Positions 20,382-29,253 of a stretch of 64,000 nucleotides of DNA are shown here, one piece after another. The stretch spans positions 1,536,001 to 1,600,000 of the forward strand of contig CAWEEQ010000004.1 in the NCBI GenBank assembly GCA_963808235.1, in the 5' to 3' direction. The stretch is from an uncultured delta proteobacterium (lineage in GTDB: Bacteria > Desulfobacterota > Binatia > Binatales > Binataceae). The translations under genes were made by a program, and so were the position numbers. Position 1 is the first letter of the stretch. Each line of letters opens with the position of its first letter. Below the pieces are notes generated by a model. The model searched no databases. It saw nothing but the letters and a program-made list of their open reading frames with translations, and was not told the DNA's origin.

Positions 20382-20429
20382 GGGTTAAAGGGTTTAACCC
20401 TGCTGCGCTGTTATAATTGAGGTTATAAC
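20382..20429. promoter_or_regulatory. Two adjacent inverted repeats upstream of the degraded Tad cassette
   Basis: GGGTTAAA-GGG-TTTAACCC (20382-20400) and GTTATAA-TTGAGG-TTATAAC (20410-20429). Confidence 0.4.
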
Positions 20430-20602
20430 TACCATTCTGTGATATCTATGGCAATCGGCTACCCGCAAATCGGGCAGTATTTATCTACTATAAGGCTACT
20501 GAGCCTTTCCGTCGGCAGAGATCAGGCGAAGGACGGTGTGCTTTCCGCTCCTAGCGCCGCCGTTTGCCGCGAGGCTTTCGCGAACCTCAGCGCCGAATCC
20601 TT

Positions 20603-22579
20603 TCAGTGCGATGCAGATTCGAACTTGTCGAGATATTTGTTTTGGAATGCAGACCAGGCGGCCAACCTCATGTAGGCCTCTTGCGCGGACTTGGAAACCG
20701 CCATGTCGCCGCTCAGATTGTGCAGCTCGAGAGGATCGCGGCTGAGATCGTAGATCTCCGAGTACCCTGAAGTCACGTCGTAGATGTACTTGTAGTTACC
20801 TTCGACGACCCCGAAGTGATAGTCGGCGAATAGATAGGCGCGCGGATCCGGCGCTGCGGCGAACAAGTCCTGTCCCTGCCACTGCTCAGGTGGGTCAAAC
20901 CCAAGCATTTCGAGGATGGTCGGAGCCAGGTCAATCTGCCGGGCGATCCGATCGATTTTTTTCTCTTTCGGGAACAGCCGCGGATTCGCAATGATCAGCG
21001 GGACTCTCACTTCCTCATCGTAGAGAGCCCATCCGTGCCCAATATGCCCGTGCTGCCCGAACTGTTCGCCATGGTCCCCGGTTACCACCACGATTGTGTC
21101 GTCAAGCAGCCCGCTCGATCCGAGTTCGCGCTCCAGGACTCCCACCAGGGAGTCGGTTTCCTGGGCTGACGCCAGATACCGGTTGAGGTCGTTGTCAGAG
21201 GCGCCAAATGATTTCAGCGCCGGCGGGGTGTAGGGCATGTGGGTGTCATTGGTCCACAGCACCAGGAAGAACGGCTTGGAGCGATCAGTCCCGATCCAGT
21301 TCATCGCCGCCGGTATCAGGGCGGCATCGCGCGAGACGACATTCATCGTAACCACCTTCTGCGGCGTGAATCCCGGCAGGCGGCCCCTGGAATAGAGCTC
21401 CGGGAATCCGTGGCCGTGCAGATAGTATTTCTCTCTGGGAGCCAGACTTCCGGAATGGATCAAAGCCACTCGGTAACCGTTGCCTTGCAGGACCCCGCCG
21501 ATCCCGGGAATCGAGAGTTCCGGCGCGTGCGTCAGCACCGCCTCCCAGTAGTGGTATGGGTACACCGACGTGAACAGCGCCGCGATCGCATTGTCGCTGT
21601 ATGGGCACGACACGTAGGTTCTCTGGAACAAGGCGCCGTGCTGCGCCAAGCGCTCCATTTCGGGCGAGTCTGCGTAGGGCGCGCCGTAGAGTCCCAGGTA
21701 CCGGCTTCCGAGCGATTCTCCGATCAACATGACGACATTCCTGGGATGCCATGTCTTGCCCGCCGACGAGATCGCCGGAGCCGCATTCGCGCTGGGATCG
21801 GCCGCAGCAATGCGGCGATGCGCCGGCATGAAGTCGTCGAGGTAATCGCGCGGGAACTTTCCCGCGATAAATGCTTCTTGGTTGTGATCGGCGAGGGACT
21901 TCAGAAATGCCCATTCCGGGTTCGCAAACGCGCTTTGATAGGCGCGCCAATTCGCTCCCCAAGCTATACCCACCGTCACGTAGAGCACCACGCAGATCGC
22001 CCCCGCGAACGAATGGAACCCGCGCGCCGCTCGCCCCAGCAAGTTAGGAGCGGCCCAGTATATAGCCAGTGCAATCGCAAGCGCGCTCAGCGGCGCGAGC
22101 AAAATCCCGTGCAGGTATTGCCCGGTTTGCGTGAAGTACACGACGCTCTCACGGATATAGTCCAGGTGGCTCGAGAGAACGATCAACTGGTAGGTAAGCG
22201 AACCCTGAAAGTAGTTGTACAGTTCCAGATTTAATATCGCATACCCCGCCGCGAACAGTGCGACCATCAACGACCCGATGTAGGCAGAGCGCCGAACCCA
22301 GGGACGGCTCAGCATGGGAAGTAAAAGCCATGAGGCCCAACTCAAAAGCGCAATCAACGCAACGTCCTGGTAGGCGGCGAGCGGAAGCCAGGGCACCAGC
22401 ATCGGCTCGGGATGAAACATCGGCTGCGCGGCCTCGAGCACCTCGAGCCGCGCGTTGATGACTACCGCGGCAACCCCGAGCCATACGGCGAACAATCTGT
22501 CGCGGTCGCGCAAGGTAGCCTGCGCGGCGCGAGTTCTATCCCATAGCGATGAAATCGAGTTGAACTTCCAGGACTTCAA
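20603..22579 (-). CDS. Membrane-anchored sulfatase-like hydrolase/transferase (LtaS/OpgB-like)
   Basis: About 5 N-terminal TMs; PRNVVMLIGES, THMPY, TGDHGE, VRVPL, QIDLAPTIL; no CxPxR formylglycine motif. Confidence 0.82.
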   Translation of the reverse strand: MKSWKFNSISSLWDRTRAAQATLRDRDRLFAVWLGVAAVVINARLEVLEAAQPMFHPEPMLVPWLPLAAYQDVALIALLSWASWLLLPMLSRPWVRRSAYIGSLMVALFAAGYAILNLELYNYFQGSLTYQLIVLSSHLDYIRESVVYFTQTGQYLHGILLAPLSALAIALAIYWAAPNLLGRAARGFHSFAGAICVVLYVTVGIAWGANWRAYQSAFANPEWAFLKSLADHNQEAFIAGKFPRDYLDDFMPAHRRIAAADPSANAAPAISSAGKTWHPRNVVMLIGESLGSRYLGLYGAPYADSPEMERLAQHGALFQRTYVSCPYSDNAIAALFTSVYPYHYWEAVLTHAPELSIPGIGGVLQGNGYRVALIHSGSLAPREKYYLHGHGFPELYSRGRLPGFTPQKVVTMNVVSRDAALIPAAMNWIGTDRSKPFFLVLWTNDTHMPYTPPALKSFGASDNDLNRYLASAQETDSLVGVLERELGSSGLLDDTIVVVTGDHGEQFGQHGHIGHGWALYDEEVRVPLIIANPRLFPKEKKIDRIARQIDLAPTILEMLGFDPPEQWQGQDLFAAAPDPRAYLFADYHFGVVEGNYKYIYDVTSGYSEIYDLSRDPLELHNLSGDMAVSKSAQEAYMRLAAWSAFQNKYLDKFESASH

Positions 22580-22717
22580 CGCGTTTTGCTGGTTTGGTCA
22601 GACAAAGATGATGCGGCAGACTTGACCGGTCGATCCTAACAGAGAACGACAAGCTTCGGTATGTTGCGAGCGGGCTGCCCGGCGCTGGTCAGCCCGCTCG
22701 CCGCAGAATCCGATCCC

Positions 22718-24103
22718 CTACTCTGCCAGCGAAGCGCCGATCTTGAACGGCGATCCGTCCGAGAGCGAGGAGTAGTTGTCTCCGATCGTGTAACTGCTTC
22801 CAAAGCGCATGTCGTACGCCAGGAAGTTATTGTACGGAGGGCTGCCCGTGCCTCCAAAACTGAGCTCGCTGTTGGGAAAGTAGAACGTACCAGTGTAGCT
22901 CCCGCACGCAATCTCGTTAGTGGTTGTAATCGGGGCAGATCGATCCTCCATGAACAGTATCCCTTCAGTAGCCCCTGAGGTCGGCGGCGACAGGCTGGTA
23001 CTGGTCGACGCTTGTATGTTGATTTGGGTGAAAGTGGTGGACACGCCAGCCTTTCCCCCCATCACGCCGGTGTTGTAAAAGGTCACTCCAGTCCCCTGCA
23101 GGTTCGGACCTGTTGCGGCGCATACCGGCGTCGTGGGGCACTGATCCGTCCCGCAACTACCCGAGCTGGCTGGTAGCCCGGTCGCAGCGTTCAGCGTGGC
23201 CTTCATTCCGCCACCTTTGAGAATGTAAGTTCCCGGATTGAAGTGGACGGTGACGCTGCCGCTTATTTGGATGCCGCCGCAGTATGTGCCCTGACTCAGA
23301 GTCGTGTTCGTAGTGATCTTCATGGGGGTTGTACCAGTACCAAAATCGCACCCTCCGGCCACTGGCTCCTGCACATACGCGAGCGGATCGGTTACCGGGA
23401 GCTGTCCCGTTTTCGGAGTCGGCTGGACGCAGTCGCCGTCGTCAATGAAACCGCCGACGATGGTGATCGACTTCATGTTGGTGCATCCGCCACTGTGAGT
23501 GCTGATTGGATCGACGGAATCCGAGTCGACCATGATGGCGCAGGTTGGGCCGTTCAGTACGGCTGCGTTGTTACCCTGTCCAATGGTGAGCACGTGACGG
23601 GCGGAGCTGGGATCGTTCATCCAGACGCAGACCGGCGAGCTGAGAATCGTTGCGGTCGCCCTGGTCGTCATGGGCACCGATTTTATGCTCAGCACGCGCA
23701 GGAAATAGGTCGGCACCGTTTGGCTGATGATCGCTTCCGCGTATTTGCTGTCGCCCTTATAGGGCCCGCCTTTCGGGGGATTGTTGATGGTAACTGTCAC
23801 TTTGTTGGGCCCGCCGGCTGTGAATCCGTTGATCGAGGCGTCGTTCTGGCCAGCCGATTGCACGGTTGCCGCATTCCCGCTGAGAATTTCCTCAGCCGCG
23901 GCCTTTGCCGCTGCGTCAGTCGCGGCGCGCATTTGGTGATCCGTGGCCCACAGCAATCCGACGTCGACGGCGAGACCGGCCATCGCGAGCAGGACGACTA
24001 GCCCGACGCCGACCAGTACCATGACTTGCCCGCGCGAGCGTCCGATGCGCGAATTGTTGGTGGCGCCGCTACGCGCCTCATGCTGTCGAAAGAAGGTCTT
24101 CAT
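22718..24103 (-). CDS. TadG-like pilus tip protein (type B, Cys/Gly/Thr-rich)
   Basis: RGQVMVLV...LAVDVG...MRAATDAAAKA; INNPPKGGPY; VPTYFLRV; RBS GAGAGG. Confidence 0.87.
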   Translation of the reverse strand: MKTFFRQHEARSGATNNSRIGRSRGQVMVLVGVGLVVLLAMAGLAVDVGLLWATDHQMRAATDAAAKAAAEEILSGNAATVQSAGQNDASINGFTAGGPNKVTVTINNPPKGGPYKGDSKYAEAIISQTVPTYFLRVLSIKSVPMTTRATATILSSPVCVWMNDPSSARHVLTIGQGNNAAVLNGPTCAIMVDSDSVDPISTHSGGCTNMKSITIVGGFIDDGDCVQPTPKTGQLPVTDPLAYVQEPVAGGCDFGTGTTPMKITTNTTLSQGTYCGGIQISGSVTVHFNPGTYILKGGGMKATLNAATGLPASSGSCGTDQCPTTPVCAATGPNLQGTGVTFYNTGVMGGKAGVSTTFTQINIQASTSTSLSPPTSGATEGILFMEDRSAPITTTNEIACGSYTGTFYFPNSELSFGGTGSPPYNNFLAYDMRFGSSYTIGDNYSSLSDGSPFKIGASLAE

Positions 24104-24149
24104 TAGGATTCCTCTCGTTACCAGGTCGAAAGTTGTCTGATCCCGCAAA

Positions 24150-24665
24150 TCACTGCGCTCGTATCTGCGATAAACCGTTCAATGTGAACGAACTCGGAAA
24201 GATATGGTAGTTGATCAAAGTATTCAGCGTCGCAGAGGTCTGGACCTTCACCCAAATCCGTATGTCGGTGCAAGTTGGGGGGATACTTCCACCCGCCATG
24301 GTTGTGATAGGGGGGCCGCACTTCAGCGCCGTACCGTTCGAGCACTGGCAAATTTCCTGGGCGGTCGTCGTGTGCATCGTCAGGCCCTTGCCCGACGGCG
24401 CGTCTTTATTGGCCGCGCTAATCATGCCCGCGGTATCGGGAGCTGTGGTCAAACTCTGGGCACCGTATTGCGCGCCGGCACGAGCCGCTTCACCGATTCC
24501 GATATAGAAATACATGACGCGGCCAAAGTCGATTATCGACAGCAAAATGATCAGTAAGACCGGAGTCACCACGGCCGCTTCGATAATAGACTGTCCACGC
24601 CGCCAGCCGCTGGGTTTCGATCTCGCGGGTTTCGGAACTGTTGCCCTCGGATAAAAGGTCTTCAT
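24150..24665 (-). CDS. TadE family pseudopilin
   Basis: RGQSIIEAAVVTP...IIDFGR...AARAGAQYG; CQC. Confidence 0.88.
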   Translation of the reverse strand: MKTFYPRATVPKPARSKPSGWRRGQSIIEAAVVTPVLLIILLSIIDFGRVMYFYIGIGEAARAGAQYGAQSLTTAPDTAGMISAANKDAPSGKGLTMHTTTAQEICQCSNGTALKCGPPITTMAGGSIPPTCTDIRIWVKVQTSATLNTLINYHIFPSSFTLNGLSQIRAQ

Positions 24666-25078
24666 TGGCTTATTACGAGCTGCGCCGTGGAGACGAGCGG
24701 GAGCGTAACGGTTCCCATTATTGGCAGCGAGTACTTGAAAGTGTATTGCACCTGCACCTGCACCGTGCTGCCGGGTTTATTGTCAGGCGTCCAGGTGGGA
24801 GTAACCACCAGCTCGCCTTTGCTGTTATCGATGTTCAGCTCGGACTTAACGAAGTTTTGCACATCGGCCGTCGAGGCCGCCGCCGGAGCCGAGTCGCCGC
24901 GGACCGATGCCCATCGGACGGCATCGTGAGACGCCGTGGACACCCAGTTGTACGCGAAAATCACTTCTCCCAAATACGTGGTCGCGAGCAATATAAATAG
25001 AAATACGAGTGCAATACCCGCAAACTCCAGCGACGTTTGACCCTTTTGATTTATTTGCAACTGCCCCTTGTCGATCAT
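24662..25078 (-). CDS. TadE family pseudopilin
   Basis: KGQTSLEFA...AVRWASVRG; 4-nt overlap with the next gene. Confidence 0.87.
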   Translation of the reverse strand: MIDKGQLQINQKGQTSLEFAGIALVFLFILLATTYLGEVIFAYNWVSTASHDAVRWASVRGDSAPAAASTADVQNFVKSELNIDNSKGELVVTPTWTPDNKPGSTVQVQVQYTFKYSLPIMGTVTLPLVSTAQLVISQ

Positions 25079-25224
25079 CGTTCGACCGCTCCGCGATCCC
25101 CCGTCTTTTTTCCGCGCGCTGGAATTAAGCGTGCGCCCTGCTCACGAGACCAATTGCGCCAGCACCACTACATATTGTGTAAAAATCAGCCAAAACCGTG
25201 TCGATGACTACTAGCTATATGAAA

Positions 25225-25395
25225 AGTGACCAAATAGACAGCTAGAGTTTTATCTTACTTACTCGTGACACGCTAAACTTGCCTGCGACCCGAAATACGT
25301 GTCTTTATCCAGTTTCGCTGCTGCGTGGACGGTATTCTCTATATGCGCCGTGCTTAAGTCAAGTTTGGCGCCGCTCCAATAGTTTCGCTTAACCA
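25225..25395 (-). promoter_or_regulatory. Promoter/leader copy 1 (TTGACT-17-GAGAAT), homologous to 27348-27503
   Basis: -35 at 25357-25362, -10 at 25334-25339; colinear similarity with copy 2. Confidence 0.65.
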
Positions 25396-25596
25396 CCCAG
25401 TCGGTGTGGATTCTCGATTAAGAGAGTAGTAGTGCCGTGAGGAACTAATAGAGCAGCGTAAAGTTGCGAGCGCGACTCGTCGCAGCGATTTTTATGCGAC
25501 TAAACCGGAGCGCCGCGCTCCCCTGCAGTCCTTCGGCCCTCGAAACCGCGGTGGTCCGGGTTGTTCAAAGCAGGCGCGAGACCGTCTACCGATCGT

Positions 25597-26088
25597 CTAT
25601 TCCGTCATCGCCGATTCGGTGGAGGACAAGTTGGTAGGAAACTTAATTCCCAACAGAGTCTTGGAGGGCAGAAAGATCTTGCCCGTGGCGTCGTAGCTGA
25701 CCGTGACATTGATCGGGCACCCGTACGAGCGCCCACCTTTCGCGCCTGCGGTGCAAGAGGCGTCGCCGCCCGGTGTTAGCGTGATCTGCGCCGTCGCGCT
25801 GATCGTGGGCGACATCTCGTTCGCGATCGCAGTCTTGAGCGAGGCACTGTCGAGGGTCTCGTTGACTGAAGCGGCGCGCGCGCCCACGAATGACGCCTGG
25901 CTGACTGCAAGCGCCGCCTGTCCGATGATCGCGAACTGGATGCCTATCAGCATCACCGCCAGGGCGACGACCGCGATCAAAGCGAATTCAACCATCGCCT
26001 GACCGCTTTCACAGACCCACGTCAGTAGCTGCTTTGGTCTGGCGCGAAGAGCCTCGGGCATCCTGCCCGCATGTGAATTTGCGTTCAC
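25597..26088 (-). CDS. TadE family pseudopilin
   Basis: SGQAMVEFALIA...IGIQFAIIGQAALAVSQASFVGARAA; paralog of 16107-16595; start uncertain (26061-26127). Confidence 0.85.
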   Translation of the reverse strand: MNANSHAGRMPEALRARPKQLLTWVCESGQAMVEFALIAVVALAVMLIGIQFAIIGQAALAVSQASFVGARAASVNETLDSASLKTAIANEMSPTISATAQITLTPGGDASCTAGAKGGRSYGCPINVTVSYDATGKIFLPSKTLLGIKFPTNLSSTESAMTE

Positions 26089-26180
26089 AAATGGATTCCC
26101 CTCTTTACTAACCTCTGGGCGAGCCAACCGTGTCCGTTATCTCCGGCAAACTAAAGCTCCGGACCAACTGATTGAAACCA

Positions 26181-27152
26181 CTATTTGAGTAAAACCGCTT
26201 TCGTAGTGCCGGTCTTCGGCCCGTTCAAACTCGCGACGGTCATCGTGTCGCTGGTGGAAACGACGACTGCATAGTATCCCTTGCCTCCGGGTTCCGGAAC
26301 TATCAGGGCGGTGATGAACCCGGTGACATCGACGGTTCCATGGCCGTTCGGAAATGACTGAACCATGGGTATGACGATCACCCGGGGATCGTTAGGATCC
26401 GCCAGATCGGAAGGGTTGCTCGGATTGGGCACTTCACTTCCCGCGTTGTAACGGTCCGCGATACCGGCCGGTCCGTGGATATTGATGTCGTTGCCGGTCT
26501 GGGTACTCACATCGGTGGTACCCACCATAATCGGGCTAGTTCCCTGGTAGCCGTTTTCGATCGCCTTGGTGTAATTGGCGCCGCCATAGTGTTGCCCATC
26601 GGCAAATTGCAGGCCTCCCCAGTTACCGGGTGATTGGCGAGCAATATTGGTGTCACCCGGCAGAGCGAAACTTGTGCCCGGCGCCATGCACGGCGGGCCT
26701 GGACATACAAAGCCAAACGGGACCAAGTGATTCCCGCCTGCGCCGTCGACCGCTTCTATTCCCGCCGTTGCCGATACCTGAATCGGAGCATTCAACACTC
26801 CAATGGCCCGCGCGAACAGATACGGCACGGTCCGGCTGACAGTAATCGTTATAGTCTTGTGGTCGGCAGATACCGTGGGCGCACCACCGGCAATTTCGGT
26901 CGACAGAACTCCATTCAAGGTCGCGTAGTTCGTGGCAGTCGAGATGGCCTTGGTGTCACCCGTGGAGTCCGTGCCATTGAGCCAGCCGGCGCCAGAGAGC
27001 ACCGCCGCGTCGGCAGCCTTCTGCATTCCTTGCCAGTTCATGTATATGACGGCCATATCGCAACAGAGGCCGAGCGCACCGACCAGCACCGGCAATGCGA
27101 TAGTATATAGGACGAGGATCTGGCCCTTGGAACTACGACGAAGGATACTCAT
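26181..27152 (-). CDS. TadG-like pilus tip protein (type A)
   Basis: KGQILVLY...MQKAADAAVLSG; VPYLFARAIG; SPGNW...DPRVIVIPMV; paralog of 16653-17705. Confidence 0.85.
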   Translation of the reverse strand: MSILRRSSKGQILVLYTIALPVLVGALGLCCDMAVIYMNWQGMQKAADAAVLSGAGWLNGTDSTGDTKAISTATNYATLNGVLSTEIAGGAPTVSADHKTITITVSRTVPYLFARAIGVLNAPIQVSATAGIEAVDGAGGNHLVPFGFVCPGPPCMAPGTSFALPGDTNIARQSPGNWGGLQFADGQHYGGANYTKAIENGYQGTSPIMVGTTDVSTQTGNDINIHGPAGIADRYNAGSEVPNPSNPSDLADPNDPRVIVIPMVQSFPNGHGTVDVTGFITALIVPEPGGKGYYAVVVSTSDTMTVASLNGPKTGTTKAVLLK

Positions 27153-27347
27153 TTGCTTTCCACTCCCTCTATATCGGCGGGCAGCGCGCGATCCATTGCG
27201 CTCTGTCCGCCCATAGTAAGTTGAATCGCGGGCGTCCCGATCGGCTGATCGACCCGCGCAGCACTCATCTTTAACTCCGCCAGCGTCTTTACAAATTGTA
27301 GAAAAAATATTCAAGATGACTGAAATACCTACTGACTAGTATAGAAA

Positions 27348-27503
27348 ATAGTCAAATAGACAACAGGTAGTATACTGTCTTTGCTCCTGACGAGTTAAAC
27401 TTGGTTGCGACTTGAAATACATGTCTATATCCAGTTGCCGCATTCTCTACATACGGCGCGCTTATGTCAAGTGTAATAGCGCTTCTATAGTTTCCTCTAA
27501 CCA
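27348..27503 (-). promoter_or_regulatory. Promoter/leader copy 2 (TTGACA-17-GAGAAT)
   Basis: -35 at 27465-27470, -10 at 27442-27447; homologous to 25225-25395. Confidence 0.65.
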
Positions 27504-27812
27504 TTGAGTAATGGGCATTAACGCACATAGAGCGCCTCAAGACGACTTACTGCCGATTTGTGAGGGCTCCCTATTTGGAGCTTTGCGGAACATCGCCGGT
27601 GCGATCCACCCGGGCAAAGTGCAGGAAGAAGAATGGGTGAAAATGGCCGATTCTGGCTTGCCGAACCGAGCGCGAAACGGCAGTTTTATACCACCTATTG
27701 TGGTTTTGGGACGACTGGCATCTACGGGTAGGTCCGTTCCGTCAATTTCATTTCTCCGGACCTTCCGCGTACGACGCCAATGCGCGCATGGGTAAGGCTG
27801 AACAGTTCAGCC

Positions 27813-28558
27813 CTAACCGGATGAACCTGCGGCCGCGATGGCGGCGGGAAGGCTGAAGTTGCCCTCGTAGAGCGCCCTGCCGACGACCACTCCCACGACA
27901 CCATCGTCGAAGCGGGCGGCGAGACGTCGCGGATGTCGTCGAGACTCGACACTCCGCCCGACGCGATCACTGGCAATCGCGCCGCGGCGGCGATTTGGGC
28001 CATTCGGACCGCGTCGAGACCCGTTTCTGCGCCGTCGCGAGCGATATCGGTGACGATCGCGGCGGCGACGCCCGCCATCCGGAAGCGATCCGCCGCTTCG
28101 GCAACAGTCAGCGCGCTGGTCTCGACCCATCCTTTGATTGCAAGACGCCCGTCGCGAACGTCAATCGAGCCGAAGACGCGGCCCGGGAACTCGCTACACG
28201 CCCTCTTTAACAAAGCCGGGTCGAGAAACGCAGCCGAACCGATCGAGACGCGATCGGCGCCCGCCGCAACGACAGCGCGAATAGTCTCGATGGTGCGCAG
28301 CCCGCCGCTCACGTCGATGGCGCATCGCACCGCGGCACGAATTGCGGCGACCGCGTCGAGGTTTCGCGGCTCGCCGACAATCGCACCGTCGAGGTCAACT
28401 ATATGGATGAGCGCGGCGCCGTCATCTTCGAAGCGCCGCGCGGTCGCCGATGGATCGCCGCCATAATCGGTGACGCGGTTCATGTCGCCATGGAGCAGGC
28501 GCACGACGCGGCCGTCTTTCAGATCGATCGACGGAATAACGGTGAAAGTCTCGAACAC
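27813..28558 (-). CDS. hisA: ProFAR isomerase HisA, with a frameshift near 27930
   Basis: VIPSIDLKDG, HIVDLDGA, GGLRT, TDIARDG, IASGGV; C-terminal GVVVGRALYEG lies in another frame. Confidence 0.9.
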
Positions 28559-28581
28559 TCGCCCGAGTTCTCGATGCGCTG

Positions 28582-29253
28582 TTAAGTTAGCGTGCCTTTG
28601 GTCGAGAGGACGCCCGACAAGCGCGGCTCGATTGCGGTCGCATGGTCCATCGCGCGCGCCAGCGCCTTGAAAGTCGCCTCGATAATGTGATGCGGATTGC
28701 GGCCGCTGACCAGGTTGAGGTGCAAGTTCATCCCGACCTCATCGGTCAGCGCTTTCATAAAGTCATGCACCAGCTCGGTCTGAAAATTGCCGACCCGCTC
28801 CTGGCTGATCGTAACGTTGTAGCCGAGGTACGAGCGCCCGCTTATATCGACGATTGCGGTGCATACCGCCTCGTCGAGCGGCACCGACGCCTCGCCGAAG
28901 CGCTTGATTCCACTGCGGTCGCCAAGCGCCTGGCGAAAGGCGCGGCCGAGCACGATCCCAACGTCTTCGACTGTGTGATGGTCATCTATATGCAAATCGC
29001 CCTTGGCCTCGACGATGAGATCGAAGAAACCGTGGCGGGCGAAGCTCTCGAGCATGTGATCGAGGAACGGGACGCCGGTCCTGGCCTCGCCGCGGCCGGA
29101 GCCGTCGAGCTTGAGTTCGACGGTGACCGAAGTCTCGCGCGTCTTTCGCTCGACCGCCGCGATTCGACGCGGAGTCGCGGCGACAGCCGATGCGATCGGC
29201 CGCGCGGCTGTCTTTTTACTACTCTGCAATCCGGTTTTGCGATTATTTTGCAC
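28582..29253 (-). CDS. hisB: Imidazoleglycerol-phosphate dehydratase
   Basis: RKTRET, FLDHML, DDHHTVED, NPHHIIEA; GTG start overlaps the hisD stop. Confidence 0.95.
   Translation of the reverse strand: MQNNRKTGLQSSKKTAARPIASAVAATPRRIAAVERKTRETSVTVELKLDGSGRGEARTGVPFLDHMLESFARHGFFDLIVEAKGDLHIDDHHTVEDVGIVLGRAFRQALGDRSGIKRFGEASVPLDEAVCTAIVDISGRSYLGYNVTISQERVGNFQTELVHDFMKALTDEVGMNLHLNLVSGRNPHHIIEATFKALARAMDHATAIEPRLSGVLSTKGTLT

Noticed and set aside
27348-27440. Tad leader as a c-di-GMP riboswitch
   Set aside because: The GCAAA...GNRA...GACGCAAA core was not found by eye; left as an unassigned conserved leader
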